Origin: an uncultured delta proteobacterium
Lineage (GTDB): Bacteria > Desulfobacterota > Binatia > UBA9968
Direction of reading: 5' to 3'
DNA: 64,000 bases
Assembly: GCA_963755715.1 (NCBI GenBank)
Contig: CAVWLW010000065.1
Coordinates: 1-64,000, forward strand
Position 1 is the stretch's first letter, and the number at the start of each line of letters is the position of its first letter. Below the pieces are notes generated by a model. The model saw nothing but the letters and a program-made list of their open reading frames with translations, was not told the DNA's origin and ran no database searches. Position numbers and translations under genes: made by a program. Below are positions 40,461 to 52,778 of this stretch, one piece after another.

Positions 40461-40868
40461 TTATGCGCTTGCCCGCGCCGGTTGCGCGTTGCTCGGGCTC
40501 AGCGCTAGCGGACATTCAGGAGCGACGGGTCGCACTTCCACCGACGCGCCGTAGTTCAGGCCGGGAAAGTTCTTGGCAATCTCCGTGGCTTCGTCCAAAC
40601 TGCCGACTTCCAGCAAGAAAAAGCCGCCGATCGCTTCCTTGGATTCGGCAAACGGACCGTCAGCGACTGAGCGACCCTTCTTCTGGGAAACAACTTTGCC
40701 CTCTGGAAAGAGAGGTTTGCCGACTTTGGCCTTGCCCTCTGCGGTCAAGCGGTCAAGCCAGGCGTACATTTGTTTCACAACCTCCTGAATCTCTTCCGGG
40801 GAAAGGCCCTTGTGCCAATCTGTGCCACGGAATAGCAAGATGTATTCTGATTTTGCCGGTGCGCTCAT
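40461..40868 (-). CDS. YciI/DGPF protein
   Basis: DGPFAESKEAIGG, VEVRP. Confidence 0.92.
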   Translation of the reverse strand: MSAPAKSEYILLFRGTDWHKGLSPEEIQEVVKQMYAWLDRLTAEGKAKVGKPLFPEGKVVSQKKGRSVADGPFAESKEAIGGFFLLEVGSLDEATEIAKNFPGLNYGASVEVRPVAPECPLALSPSNAQPARASA

Positions 40869-40912
40869 ATAGATCTCCTTATCAAGTAATGGTTTTTATT
40901 GGCCTACAACAA

Positions 40913-40942
40913 TACGACGAACGGGCAAGCGGCTGCAGGACA
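40913..40942 (-). promoter_or_regulatory. ECF42-type promoter, dialect A
   Basis: TGTCCT-N17-CGTCGTA. Confidence 0.8.
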
Positions 40943-40973
40943 CTCTATTAATTTTTTTTGGAACTTTTACCGA

Positions 40974-41549
40974 TCATTTGCCGAGCTTCATCGCTTTGGG
41001 GCGCGCCAGGAGACGATCCACGTAAGCCTCCAGCTTGGGCCGGTCCGGCGGTTTGCCCCACATTCGCTTCCAAATAAACATAGAGCCGATCATGATGTCA
41101 GCAGCGGTGAACCAGTCGCCGAACAGGTAAGGTCCGTTGCCCAGTTCGCTTTCGATCACGTCCTTGGCCGCTTCGAACTCCGTCCAGCCGCGTTGGGGCA
41201 ACGTTTGTACATTCAACAAAGCGTCGCCCATGGCGGGCTCGAGTTGCGCGGTCGAGTAGACCATCAACGAGAGGTAGCGGCCGCGTTCCGGCGCGTCGAT
41301 TTTGGGCGCGAGGTTGGCTTGCGAAAACTTGTCGCCGAGATACAGGCAGATCGCCGTGCCCTCGAAGATCTTCGAGTCGCCATCGACAAGCGCAGGTAGC
41401 TTGCCAGCCGGGTTGATCTTAAGAAACTCCGGCGTCTTGTGTTCACGCTTTGTGAAGTCGATGGGAACGATCTCATATTCTGCGCCGCACTCGTCAAGCA
41501 TCCACTTGGCGATTACAGCCCGGCTCTGAGGATTGTAGTAAAGCTTCAT
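40974..41549 (-). CDS. Glutathione S-transferase
   Basis: MKLYY.PQSRA, INPAGKLPALVDG, FTAADI. Confidence 0.92.
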   Translation of the reverse strand: MKLYYNPQSRAVIAKWMLDECGAEYEIVPIDFTKREHKTPEFLKINPAGKLPALVDGDSKIFEGTAICLYLGDKFSQANLAPKIDAPERGRYLSLMVYSTAQLEPAMGDALLNVQTLPQRGWTEFEAAKDVIESELGNGPYLFGDWFTAADIMIGSMFIWKRMWGKPPDRPKLEAYVDRLLARPKAMKLGK

Positions 41550-41763
41550 CGCAGCACCTCTTAATTCAAGAACAAGAGTGGGATGGAAAGAGTTCAGTCT
41601 GTGAAAGAAGCGCGCGAAAATCAACCCATCACTGAAAACTTAATCTTGCGAAAAGTCTTTCGGTGAATTGCGAGTCTCCGGTATGTGGTTTCTCGAGCAA
41701 CGCCGGCTTATCGCTGTGTGTTCTGAAAGCCGGAGAAGGAGAGATGGCTGCTTCTTCGCGCGC

Positions 41764-42537
41764 TTAGTTCTTTAGCCTATACCCCGTCTTGAAAATCCAG
41801 CCCACTATCGCCAGGCAGATCACGAAAAATCCCAGCGTCATCGCCAGAGCTAACTGCCACGCTCACGTCGGACGATTCGTAGAAGCTCCAGCGGAATCCG
41901 CTGATGAGATAGACGACCGGATTGAACAGCGCGACCGTGCGCCACCCCGGCGGCAGCATATCAATCGAATAAAAGGCGCCCCCTAAAAAGGTCAGCGGCG
42001 TCACGATCAGCATGGGGATGAACTGCAACTGCTCGAAGCCTTTCGCCCAAATGCCGATGATGAAGCCGAACAAGCTGAAAGTCGTCGCCGTTAGCACCAG
42101 GAATGCGATCATCCAGAATGGATGCAGAATTTTGATCGGCACGAACAGTGACGCCGTGGCCAGAATGATCAGTCCCAGAGTGATCGACTTGGTCGCCGCG
42201 GCGCCGACGTAGGCGAGGACGATTTCTAGATACGACACGGGCGCGGACAAGAGTTCGTAGATCGTGCCGGTGAACTTCGGGAAATGGATGCCGAATGAGG
42301 CATTGAAAATGCTTTGGGTGAACAATGACAGCATGACCAGCCCCGGCACGATGAAGGCGCCGTAGACGACGCCATCGACCTCGGTCATGCGCGAGCCGAT
42401 CGCGGCGCCGAAGACCACGAAATAAAGCGAGGTTGTGATCACGGGCGTCACGAGACTCTGCCAGAGCGTGCGTAGGGCACGCGCCATCTCGAATTTGTAA
42501 ATCGCCCAGACGCCGTACCTGTTGAATGCCAACGAGC

Positions 42538-42541
<4 letters not shown>
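41764..42541 (-). CDS. ABC-2 permease (YadH-like; frameshift near the 3' end)
   Basis: [31 protein letters not shown]. Confidence 0.9.
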
Positions 42542-43464
<923 letters not shown>

Positions 43465-43808
43465 CGCGCGGTTTTGGCGAGATTGCAAAACGGCTCGCGC
43501 GCCGGACGCGCCTGCCGTTTGTTCGTGCCTTCCAGCACCACCCAGTGGTAACATTATAGACAACGCAATGACTCCCGACCGAAAGCTTCATCGCATCACC
43601 TCTCATAGAGAACAGGAAATGCAATTTATATTAGTCTGTGGGAGAAACTTGCCTAAATCAACTCCAGCGCTGATCTTCGTTTGTCTTTACAGCTTCAACG
43701 CGCAGCTTTATCATCGCTAACTGATACGCAGCATTAGAACAAAAGCCGATCCGTATCTTTAAAATATTTAACCTTGCGCTTTCTAAAAGCGAGAAAAGGA
43801 GATCCACG

Positions 43809-44573
43809 ATGACATTGAACCATTCGATTCACGCGCTGATGGTTGGCATGAGTGAAAACTGGTGGCGTGCGGGGATCATGCCTTGCGTGCGGAGCGATTT
43901 GGAACGGGACAAACCGGTGGCTTATATTTTTTGGCTCGTCGAAGGTCCCAACGGCCCGGTGGTTGTCGACACCGGATATCATCCCGACTACGTCGCGCCG
44001 GAATGGGCTAAAGGGAAAAATTTTATCGATGCGCCGACTCTGCTCCGAGAGCTAGGCGTCAAAGCGGAGGAGATCAAGACCGTCATCGTCACGCATTTTC
44101 ATCAAGATCATTTTACCGGCTTCGATTATTTTCCCGGCGCCAAATTCGTCATGCAGCGCGCCGAGCTGGATTTTTGGACCGGACCGCTCATGCGCCACGA
44201 GATCTTCGACAGGCAAATCCGTCCCAAAGTGCGCCCAGCGCTGGAACGATTGAGGCAAGAAGGGCGGATCGAATTAATCGACGGAGACGTCGAGCTTTAT
44301 CCGGGACTGGAGCTTCTCAAGGCCGGGGGGCACACACCTGGATCGCAGATGGTGGCGCTGCAAACGGCAGCGGGCAAGGCCGTCCTCTGCGGCGACATCG
44401 CGTACACTTATAAAAATGTTCGCGATCGTCACCCGGTGGGTTGGTATTACGATTTGGGCAATACTGTGGTTGCGCTCGAACGCGCTCTTTCCACCGCCAC
44501 TCGGCCTGATCTCGCTTTTCCTAACCATGATACGGAAGTCATGGAAGGTAAGCGCGTCGTCCGCGTTGTCTGA
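43809..44573 (+). CDS. Metallo-beta-lactamase fold hydrolase (AHL-lactonase-like)
   Basis: VDTG, THFHQDH, GHTPGSQ, CGD. Confidence 0.88.
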   Translation: MTLNHSIHALMVGMSENWWRAGIMPCVRSDLERDKPVAYIFWLVEGPNGPVVVDTGYHPDYVAPEWAKGKNFIDAPTLLRELGVKAEEIKTVIVTHFHQDHFTGFDYFPGAKFVMQRAELDFWTGPLMRHEIFDRQIRPKVRPALERLRQEGRIELIDGDVELYPGLELLKAGGHTPGSQMVALQTAAGKAVLCGDIAYTYKNVRDRHPVGWYYDLGNTVVALERALSTATRPDLAFPNHDTEVMEGKRVVRVV

Positions 44574-44740
44574 CGAAGTCCCTGGCAGTGGCTGAGGATA
44601 TCAAGAATTTACGAAACGGCACCTTCCTTGTGTAGATTTTTTGGTTTGTTAGTAGTTTTGAGCTATGGTTGCTGGTGCTCATGGTTGTGACGCCATTTTA
44701 AGCTTAAAGTTCAACGGCTCGTCGAAAAACGAGAAGAAAA

Positions 44741-46376
44741 ATGACAGAAAAAATACTTGTCGTGCAAGGTGGAAAACTGATCGACGGCACCGGCCGGGCG
44801 CCCGTCGAGAATTCCATCATCGTGATCCAGGCAGGCAGGTTCCAAACAGTCGGCAGGAGCGCCGAAGTCTCTATTCCCGCCGACGCTGAGGTCATTGATG
44901 CCAGGGGCAAGACCGTCCTGCCTGGCTTCATCGATGGTCATGGCCACTTGGAGGATTTTCACGGCGAGCTTTATCTCCATTTAGGAATTACTACCTGCGC
45001 CAATATCGAACTGTACCAAGACGGCCCGTGGACGCGAGCGCAAAAACAGGGAACCGCTCTGGGAAAAATTCGCGGTCCACGGATTTGGATGTCGGGCCGG
45101 GCGATCGGCGGCGTCAGCACCGGACATGACGCTTTCGGCTCGCGGACCGCGCGCGATAACATCATCGTCACGACGCCGGAAGAAGTGCGCCGAGCAGTGC
45201 AGCGCAAAAAGGAACTTGGCTGCGATATCCTCAAGGTCAATGAATTTCTCTCCATGGACTTGGTGAAGGTTGCTTGCGACGAAGCTCATCGGCTCGGTAT
45301 GCCCGTCGCCGCGCACAGTTGGGATGTGGTCGGCTCCGCCAATGCGGGCGTTGACGCCATCGAGCATATCTGGTCGGTAGGTTACAGCTCCATTCCCTAC
45401 GCTCCCGCCAGGCGCAAACTCGCCGAGGATCGACTCGGCGGCGTCATCGATCAAGAGCTCGCCGGCGCTTACTATCAGACGGAAAATTACGACGCGGTGA
45501 TCGGCGCGATGGTGGAACACCAGGTCGCGTGGACTCCGACCATTGCCAAATGGCTGCGGCCGCTTTCGTCGAACGCCGAACGCTTTCAGAAAAAGAGAAA
45601 ACGAGATCTTGAACGATCCCAATGCCGATCTTCCTGCGGCGGTGCGCGCGGTCACCGACAATTCTTATGACAAGTTGTTCAAGCGCTACACGCCTGCGCA
45701 GCGCGATCAAGCCAAAGTCGGTTATGAAAAAGCCAAGGAATTTATCCGGCGCTTCGTCGAAGCAGGCGGCATTCTGAAAGAAGGCTCGGACCCGCCGCGC
45801 GGTATGGCGGCCTTGTTGATGCATCAGGCGCTGGCGATGGACGTGGAGGCCGGCGTGCCGCCGATGACCGCGATCCAAGCGGCTACGCTCAACGTCGCGA
45901 AGACTTTCAAGAAGGACAAAGACTACGGCAGCGTCGAGGTCGGCAAGGTCGCGGATCTTTCCATCGTCGAAGGTGATCCGCTGCAAGACATCTGGCTGAC
46001 GCAAAACGTTAAGATGGTCATCATGGACGGCAAGGTCATCGATAGCGGATTTACGAAATACAAGAATCCGATCGCGTCATTCTATTCCTACCAGAGCTTG
46101 CCGCTGGATCTGGAAATAGCGCCGCTGTTTCTCATCGAGGGCTCCGGTCCGACGACATTGAAGGTGCGGGGGCAGGGCGGCATGTGGCCATTCCACCATG
46201 TAATGCTGAACGGCGAGCCGCTGCCGACGAGCTTTGTCTCGAAGGACGAGCTTAAGGCGACCATTCCACCCGAGGCAATTGCAAAGGCGGGCACGTACGT
46301 CGTCACGCTCAAGTGCGAAGGGGAAGCGTTCCCCGAGTCCCATCGCGCCCATCTCGTGGTGGGGTTTAAGCCATAG
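44741..46376 (+). CDS. Amidohydrolase with C-terminal Ig-like domain (frameshift near 45590)
   Basis: LPGFIDGHGH, EGSD, GSVEVGKVADL...GDPL. Confidence 0.85.
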
Positions 46377-46473
46377 CATTTGTGTTGTCGGTAAATTCTA
46401 TGACTCGGTGATCTCTGAAGGCTGCACTCGCCTCCTTACGCGCGAACTACGTCTTGAGCAAGGTTGCTGCTGG

Positions 46474-47691
46474 TTATCTTCGGGCTTTTCGGCTTGACGC
46501 TGACAGCAGTCCGATGGCCGCGATGATACATATGGCGGCGGACACTGCCAGCGTGTGGTCGATGCCGATGATCGCGGCAGCGCTGCCGATCGCGAGCCCT
46601 CCAAGCGACCATAATCCGATGTCCATGAAGAACAGACTCAGAACTCGGCCGAGCAAATGCGGCGGCGTTTCCACTTGAATCGCGGTATTCGAAGCGGCGC
46701 GACCGGCGACTTGGCAACCGCCAACCAGAGCCAGGAACACCAAGGACAAGAAAAAGGAGTGTGAGAAGGTAAATAAGCCGAGGAAAAGGCCGAAGCCGGT
46801 CACGCAACAGCAGATCCAGAAAATCCCCGGGCGAAAGCTCCGCGTGGAGGCGAGGGACAAAGCCGAAACGATGGCGCCGGCTCCCGGAGCGGACATTAGA
46901 AGCCCGAACCCGGTTGGTCCGACATGCAAGATATTGGTCGCGAACATCGGGATGAATCGCGAATAGGGCGCGCCCACGAGCGCAACGATATAAGAAAGCG
47001 AAACAATCGAAAAAATCCGGCGGTTGTTGCGCAGATAACCGTAGCCCTCTTTGATTTCTTTCCATACGCCCTGCTTATGGGTCGGCGCTTCCCAGCGCGG
47101 CAATTTCATTAGATAGAGATTCCAGATGAGGGCCACGAAGCTAAGAGCATTGAGAAAAAAGCATCCAGATATCCCGAGGAACGCAATAATGGCTCCTCCC
47201 ACGGAAGGGCCCAAAATCTTCGAGAGATTGAAGAAAGACGATTGAAGTCCGATGGCATTGAGCAATTCTTCTTTGGGAACCATGCCGTTAACCAGCGACT
47301 GGCGCACGGTTTGATTGATCGTGTCGATACAGCCCAAAAAAAACGCCAAGACCGCGATGTGCCAAAAGAGAATGACTTTGAAATACACGGCGAAGCAATA
47401 GACGATTGCTTGAACCATCGCCAAGCTTTGAGTGATGATCAGCACTCGCCTGCGGTCGAAGCGATCCGAAATGGCTCCGCCGATGGCGCCGAGAAATAAT
47501 CGCGGCACGGTATCGAAAAAACTTACCAAGCCAAGCAAAAAGGGCGAATGCGTAAGCTGCCATACGAGCCAGCTTTGGGCGATGCTCTGCATGAAGTCCC
47601 CGGAGGTCGAAATAACATTGCCCTCCACGAGCAGGCGAAAATTTCGATGTCTGAGGGAGCGAAAAGTTGAGAAATCGTAGATGCTGCGCAT
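46474..47691 (-). CDS. MFS transporter (DUF894/macrolide-efflux-like)
   Basis: LRHRNFR, GAISDRFDRRR, LGRVLSL. Confidence 0.9.
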   Translation of the reverse strand: MRSIYDFSTFRSLRHRNFRLLVEGNVISTSGDFMQSIAQSWLVWQLTHSPFLLGLVSFFDTVPRLFLGAIGGAISDRFDRRRVLIITQSLAMVQAIVYCFAVYFKVILFWHIAVLAFFLGCIDTINQTVRQSLVNGMVPKEELLNAIGLQSSFFNLSKILGPSVGGAIIAFLGISGCFFLNALSFVALIWNLYLMKLPRWEAPTHKQGVWKEIKEGYGYLRNNRRIFSIVSLSYIVALVGAPYSRFIPMFATNILHVGPTGFGLLMSAPGAGAIVSALSLASTRSFRPGIFWICCCVTGFGLFLGLFTFSHSFFLSLVFLALVGGCQVAGRAASNTAIQVETPPHLLGRVLSLFFMDIGLWSLGGLAIGSAAAIIGIDHTLAVSAAICIIAAIGLLSASSRKARR

Positions 47692-47826
47692 TACGTGCCG
47701 AGTTGTCTGAAGACTTTCAAATTCAGTGTGACGGTAAAAGGGGCAGAAAGCAAAGACCGGCTGACTCGCGGTCTGATAAAAACGCTTTTGCGCTAAAACT
47801 CTAAAGTCCGAATACCCACGCCACCG

Positions 47827-48231
47827 CTACTCCACGATCTCATCATAGCCTCGCCCAAGGAACTGGACGAAGCAGAACCCGTGGCCGAAGGGATCGGCCA
47901 TGAGAGCGAGCTTGCCCCACTTGTGCGTGGCGATGGGCTGCTCTAGCTGCGCTCCAGCCGATAGAGCTCTCTGAACCGCCGGTTCGATTTCATCGACCAC
48001 AAAATCAAGATGGACCGGCGTCCAATGGCGCTGGTAACTTCGACGCTGTGAGGTTGTTTCTGAAGCGAGTGTGCCAGGTATTTTGACGAGCAGGTAGATT
48101 GGCGCCGAACTTCCGAGCATCTCTACTCCAAGGGCTCCGAAGCGACGGCCGACCTTTAACCCAAACGTATCTCCGTAAAAGCGGACTGCTTTATCGAGAT
48201 CGTCAACGTCCAGATTTATCAAAAGATCCAT
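47827..48231 (-). CDS. VOC family protein
   Basis: NLDVDDLDKAVRFY, VHLDFVV, DPFGHGFC. Confidence 0.88.
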   Translation of the reverse strand: MDLLINLDVDDLDKAVRFYGDTFGLKVGRRFGALGVEMLGSSAPIYLLVKIPGTLASETTSQRRSYQRHWTPVHLDFVVDEIEPAVQRALSAGAQLEQPIATHKWGKLALMADPFGHGFCFVQFLGRGYDEIVE

Positions 48232-48284
48232 GACATATATTCGCGTCCTCACCTAGAGTTGGCATAGAAGGCTCGTTCTTTCCC

Positions 48285-48393
48285 CGTCAGGCCGATAAAA
48301 ACCGGCATCCAGAAAGGGCGTATGCCATACGCCCCTACCTAAAATCCTGGATTCCGGGTCGCGCTAGCTATCGCCAGCTTGCCCGGAATGACG
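48285..48393. repeat. Composite palindromic repeat, copy B, with a nested GTAG-type REP
   Basis: CCGGCATCCAG...CTGGATTCCGG...CCGGAATGACG; internal GTAGGGGCGTATGGCATACGCCC (minus strand) at 48316-48338. Confidence 0.75.
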
Positions 48394-48515
48394 CCCGTCC
48401 AGCAAACTTCTGAAGTTCCCCATGAACCGCCGCCGGTCATCCGCGGCAACGAAGGAATCGGCGTCGCTTGATTTCACAACGACCGTCCGTCGAAGTGTTG
48501 GAGTGGGAACGCTTT

Positions 48516-48893
48516 CTAGGTCGATTCCTCGAGCACGGACAAGATATTGCCGGCGGGATCTTTGAACCACGCGATCAATGGTCCGCCACCGCGAAAGATT
48601 CCCTTCTCATCTGTTTTGAGCTCACCCTCATAGCGTTCGAAGCGCACACCTTTCTTTGTTAGCTGGTCCACGGCTTCCTCAATATTGCCGACCGGGAAAT
48701 TGAGAATAGTGAAACTTGCCGGAGCGTGGTTTGGCTTGGGGTAGACGAGCACCTTAGTGCCGCCCGCGAAGTGCAGGTTCAATAGCCCATGAGTTTCAGA
48801 AACCTCCAACCCGAGTGTTTTGCCGTAAAACTCCTTCGCCTTTTGGATGTCGTTTACCGAGAAACCACTAAATGCTTTAGTGTCTTTGAACAT
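48516..48893 (-). CDS. VOC family protein
   Basis: [27 protein letters not shown]. Confidence 0.9.
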   Translation of the reverse strand: MFKDTKAFSGFSVNDIQKAKEFYGKTLGLEVSETHGLLNLHFAGGTKVLVYPKPNHAPASFTILNFPVGNIEEAVDQLTKKGVRFERYEGELKTDEKGIFRGGGPLIAWFKDPAGNILSVLEEST

Positions 48894-48919
48894 AGCATTA
48901 CCTCCGTGTGTCGCCGATT

Positions 48920-49267
48920 CTACATCGATCGTCCGTCGAAGTGTTGAACCGGAACGCTTTCCAGATCGATTCCTTCGAGGCAGCGAATATTGATTGCGGC
49001 CATCCGATTGCCTTTGGGATCGGTGCCTTCTCCGTACGGATGAATGCCGCACGTCTGACAAAATCGGTGCTTGATAACGTGCTTGTTGAACGTGTACGTG
49101 CCGATGTCTTCTTCCGCTGTGAGCGCATGCAGCTGTTCACGCGGCACAAACCACAGGAGAGATCCTTTGCGGGAACACATCGAGCAATTGCATGCCATCG
49201 CGCCACTAAGTTCGCCTTCCACCTCGAATGCAACCTTGCCGCAGTGACAGCTACCTTTATAATTCAT
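48920..49267 (-). CDS. GFA (glutathione-dependent formaldehyde-activating) family protein
   Basis: GSCHCG, CNCSMC, FCQTCG. Confidence 0.92.
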   Translation of the reverse strand: MNYKGSCHCGKVAFEVEGELSGAMACNCSMCSRKGSLLWFVPREQLHALTAEEDIGTYTFNKHVIKHRFCQTCGIHPYGEGTDPKGNRMAAINIRCLEGIDLESVPVQHFDGRSM

Positions 49268-49340
49268 GTGAGGTTCTCCTTTTGCTCTGCTAGCAGTTCG
49301 CTGATAACCGAGCAGCGCCCAAAGAAGCGCCGCTCGCCGC

Positions 49341-49742
49341 TTATTGAACCGCGCTTGGTTCCATATAGATCAGTTCCCAAATGTGACCATCCAAATCCTG
49401 AAATCCATGGCCATACATAAAGCCGTGGTCCTGCGGCTCATTGTAGGTCGTTCCTCCGGCGGCGACTGCTTTTCGAACCATCTCATCGACCTTTGCTCGG
49501 CTTTCCATGGATAAGCACACCAGCACTTCAGTGGCTTTCTTTGCGTCGCAAATTTCCTTTGGAGTAAAGGTCTTGAACTTCGCTTCAGTTAACAGCATGA
49601 CGAAAATATCGTCAGTCACGATCATGCACGTGGCCGTCTCATCGGTAAATTGCTGATTAAAAGTGTAGCCAAGCTTGGTGAAAAACTCGATTGACTTGTT
49701 GAGATTTTTCACTGGCAGATTCACGAAAATTTTTGTCGCCAT
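49341..49742 (-). CDS. VOC family protein
   Basis: IFVNLPV, QDHGFMYG.GFQDLDGHIWE. Confidence 0.92.
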   Translation of the reverse strand: MATKIFVNLPVKNLNKSIEFFTKLGYTFNQQFTDETATCMIVTDDIFVMLLTEAKFKTFTPKEICDAKKATEVLVCLSMESRAKVDEMVRKAVAAGGTTYNEPQDHGFMYGHGFQDLDGHIWELIYMEPSAVQ

Positions 49743-49779
49743 GTTTTCTCCTTGTGTAGATTCATTACACTACGAACTA

Positions 49780-49956
49780 TCAGCGGAACGGCCGCATAAT
49801 GCCGCCGTTGATGCCGCTCGGGCCGCCGGTTTCGACCCGGTGGTAATTCATTTCGGCAATGTGCCGAATCTTGCAGTCGAAGGTCTTTCCGTAGAACTCC
49901 GACAGTTTCGCCGGCTCCTTCGATAATAGCTGCCAGTGAACAACCGGTTTGCCCAT
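49780..49956 (-). pseudogene. Truncated VOC protein (N-terminal half only)
   Basis: MGKPVVHWQLLSKEPAKLSEFYGKTFD...GINGGIMRPFR*; strong AGGAG RBS. Confidence 0.75.
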
Positions 49957-50023
49957 GACGATCTCCTTTCTTTTTTGAGGGTTTACGATTTTATCGCTAC
50001 AGCGTTTTGATTTGTTTCATTAA

Positions 50024-50053
50024 TACGACGAATGAGCGCGTGGCTCCGGGACA
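50024..50053 (-). promoter_or_regulatory. ECF42-type promoter, dialect A
   Basis: TGTCCC-N17-CGTCGTA. Confidence 0.8.
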
Positions 50054-50248
50054 CCTGGGATAAATGTTTCAGGGCTACTTAATAAATTGTGCAGGATTAA
50101 AAGAAGAATTAAAGGAGGGTGCCGGGGAAAATGGACGGGCCGAGAGAAAAGAAAATTTGACTCATATAGAACGTTGAGTCCATATATTTCATTGATTAAG
50201 GCGCGGTTTAGGGTACTCTCAAAGAAACCTGTAAGGAGTAGCTTTTGT

Positions 50249-50848
50249 ATGAAATTGAAAACCCGGTTGTTTTTATCAATTGTCGCGGTTTTGACGTTGT
50301 TTTGTGTTGGCAAATCGGCCAACGCAGGCGAGCCGACTGAAGCCATTCGCGGCGCTGTGAATCAAGCCGTCGAGATTCTGAAGGACGCCAAGCTCGACAA
50401 TCAAAAACAACGAGGTCAAATCATCGATCGATTGCGGCAAATTGTTTATCCGTTATTCGACTTCAATGAGATGGCGATGCGCTCGCTAGGGGCAAATTGG
50501 CGCCCCCTGAATCCGCAGCAGCGGAAGGAGTTCGTTTCGACTTTCACGGCTTTGCTGGAAAAGACCTACGCGGACCAAATCGATCTCTACCACGGCCAAC
50601 AGGTAGTTTACACCGGCGAAAGCATCGACAGTGATTACGCGCAAGTCGATTCCCGTATCATCGACAAGAACGGTCAAACGTATTCCGTCGTTTACAAGCT
50701 GCATAGAGTCGATGGCAAATGGAGAATCTACGACGTCGTCGCGGAGAATATCAGTGTGGTCAACAACTATCGCGCGCAGTTCAATCGGGTGATTGCCAAG
50801 TCCTCATTCGAAGAACTCTTGAAAATGATGAAGCAGCAGGCGAGTTAG
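50249..50848 (+). CDS. mlaC: MlaC/Ttg2D phospholipid-binding protein
   Basis: FDFNEMA..SLG.NW, WRIYDV..ENIS.VNNYRAQF. Confidence 0.9.
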   Translation: MKLKTRLFLSIVAVLTLFCVGKSANAGEPTEAIRGAVNQAVEILKDAKLDNQKQRGQIIDRLRQIVYPLFDFNEMAMRSLGANWRPLNPQQRKEFVSTFTALLEKTYADQIDLYHGQQVVYTGESIDSDYAQVDSRIIDKNGQTYSVVYKLHRVDGKWRIYDVVAENISVVNNYRAQFNRVIAKSSFEELLKMMKQQAS

Positions 50849-50925
50849 CGCGGGAAATCAAGGCAAGTCTGGTCCGGGTTCCGCCTCCAATCGGCAGCCA
50901 AGGCGAATCGAGATGCCCCGACCCC

Positions 50926-51414
50926 TCAAGTCGCCGGCTGCTCCAATGCGAAAGCGATTTGCCTGAGCACATTTTTTTCTGCCTCTGAGACTCGCTCACC
51001 GCCGAATCCGAAGATACCGCCTTCGTTTGACGCTTCGGCGACCCGCCGGCCAATGGCTAATAGCCATTTTTTAAACTCATCTGCTTCCTCGGGCTTGACC
51101 TTGCGCTTGAGGAGATCGTTCACGGCTCGCACGTGACTTAGCGCCGACTCCTTACACTGCTCCGGATCTTTTAATCCTTGGGGAGGTTCTGGTTTCGTTT
51201 GGCGCGCCTTTAGATCGGCGGCCAACTCGGCAATAAGCGGATTGGAGCTACCTTTTTGCAGCATTTCCGCCATAGCCATGCCCATGGATAACATCTCTTT
51301 CATCACGCCCCAGGGTCCATTCGGACTCGCACAGGTAACCGCCAGTCCAACCATCGGCGCAGCGGCGACAATTGTTTTCCACTCTTCCGGCGTGAAATCA
51401 GCTTTGCTTGCCAT
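50926..51414 (-). CDS. Hypothetical protein
   Basis: MASKADFTPEEW...VAEASNEGGIFGFGGERVSEAE; GGAGG RBS. Confidence 0.8.
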   Translation of the reverse strand: MASKADFTPEEWKTIVAAAPMVGLAVTCASPNGPWGVMKEMLSMGMAMAEMLQKGSSNPLIAELAADLKARQTKPEPPQGLKDPEQCKESALSHVRAVNDLLKRKVKPEEADEFKKWLLAIGRRVAEASNEGGIFGFGGERVSEAEKNVLRQIAFALEQPAT

Positions 51415-51636
51415 CGAAATTGCCTCCTGCTTCTGGCGTTGTGAATACTGCGGCACGCTGTGTCTAAATAATACGATGCACTAACCATCTGTCGATATCT
51501 AGAGCAGAACCCACTTCGAGAGGGAAAGCGGGTACGAACTCTTTTCTTAATCGGAGAAAGGGGATCGATGCAGCATTTATCATAGCAGATCCGGGTGGTG
51601 CGCGGAGGCCTGCGGTTGCTGCTGGTGGAAGTCAGA

Positions 51637-52378
51637 TTATTTTACGCCGTACTTGTCGTGGTGACGGACCCACATGTCGCCCTGTTGGTTGAGATCTTCG
51701 GTGCCGCTCCAACCCTCCTGTCGGCCAAGCGGCGTCAGATCGAGATAGTTATAGGTGCCGATGAGCAGATCGCCGCCGCGCGCATAAGTCGAGTAGGTGT
51801 GAAAGACGTCGTCGCCCTCGCGCACGAAAAACGCTCAAGCCCGGCAGCTCGCCCTTCGTGAACCAGGGCATGCCGGCTTTCTCGTGCGCCGCCTTGTCCC
51901 GGTAGTTGTATTCGACGGGCGCGACGTTCTCGTCCAGGGTGACATGGAAATCGTAATTGAAGTCGCTGCCGAACGAGGAGTACCAGGGGAAGCTCCAACC
52001 CATCTGCTTTTTAAACGGCTGGATTTTGGCGAGCGTCGCGCGCGAAACGACAGCCAACGAGGTGTCGCGCGCGTGCAGATGGGCGAGGTGGCCGATGTTG
52101 TCGACCAGAAACGAGCACATCGGACAGCCCTCGTCCCAGCTGGGGTCGAACATGAAGTGGTAGACGATGAGCTGGCGTCGTCCGCCGAACAAATCGAGCA
52201 AGCGCAGTTTCCCGGCCGGGCCCTCGAAGACATACTCTTTGTCGATCTTGACTCTCGGCAACTTACGGCGCTCAGCGTTCAGCGCGTCGCGCTGGCGGGT
52301 GAATTCCTTTTCTTTGGCAAGCAGCTCCTTGCGGGCGACAAGCCACGCATCTCGCGAGACGACTTTCGGATAATCCAT
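51637..52378 (-). CDS. DUF899 thioredoxin-like protein (frameshift near 51825)
   Basis: [35 protein letters not shown]. Confidence 0.9.
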
Positions 52379-52522
52379 TTTGCTCTCCTTTTTTGAGTTC
52401 GATAGGCTTCGCGGCGATATTCGCGGCACGATGAGCGCATTCGCTCGACGGAGGTCGCGCCGCGACTTTCAGTTAGACGGTCATAATGGCCGAGGCATAT
52501 CGAGATCATTTCGTTCTATCAG

Positions 52523-52552
52523 TACGACGGATGAGCAAAACATTTCAGGACA
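52523..52552 (-). promoter_or_regulatory. ECF42-type promoter, dialect A
   Basis: TGTCCT-N17-CGTCGTA. Confidence 0.8.
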
Positions 52553-52588
52553 ATTGCCTTGATTTTTTTTGGCTGCCAAGTGAAAGCT

Positions 52589-52735
52589 CGTCATGCCGGC
52601 AAACGCCGGCATCCAGGTTCGTTTTCGAGTTCAAGTTCGAAACCCGCCTGGATTCCGGCTTCCGCCGGAACGAGAGGAACAAGAGTCGACTTCCAGTCGA
52701 CAAATTCAGAACCCCTCGGTTTGGAACCGAGGGTC
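52589..52735. repeat. Composite palindromic repeat, copy C
   Basis: CGTCATGCCGGC..GCCGGCATCCAG...CTGGATTCCGGC..CGCCGGAACGA, then GTCGAC-N5-GTCGAC and a CCCTCGGTT-TGG-AACCGAGGG hairpin. Confidence 0.8.
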
Positions 52736-52778
52736 GTTCAGAGGCTACCGCAAGCGACGCAACTGGATTGTTCGATCT

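Noticed and set aside
51471-51497. Additional ECF42 promoter upstream of 51414
   Set aside because: A -10-like CATCGTA is present but there is no TGTC at the required spacing.
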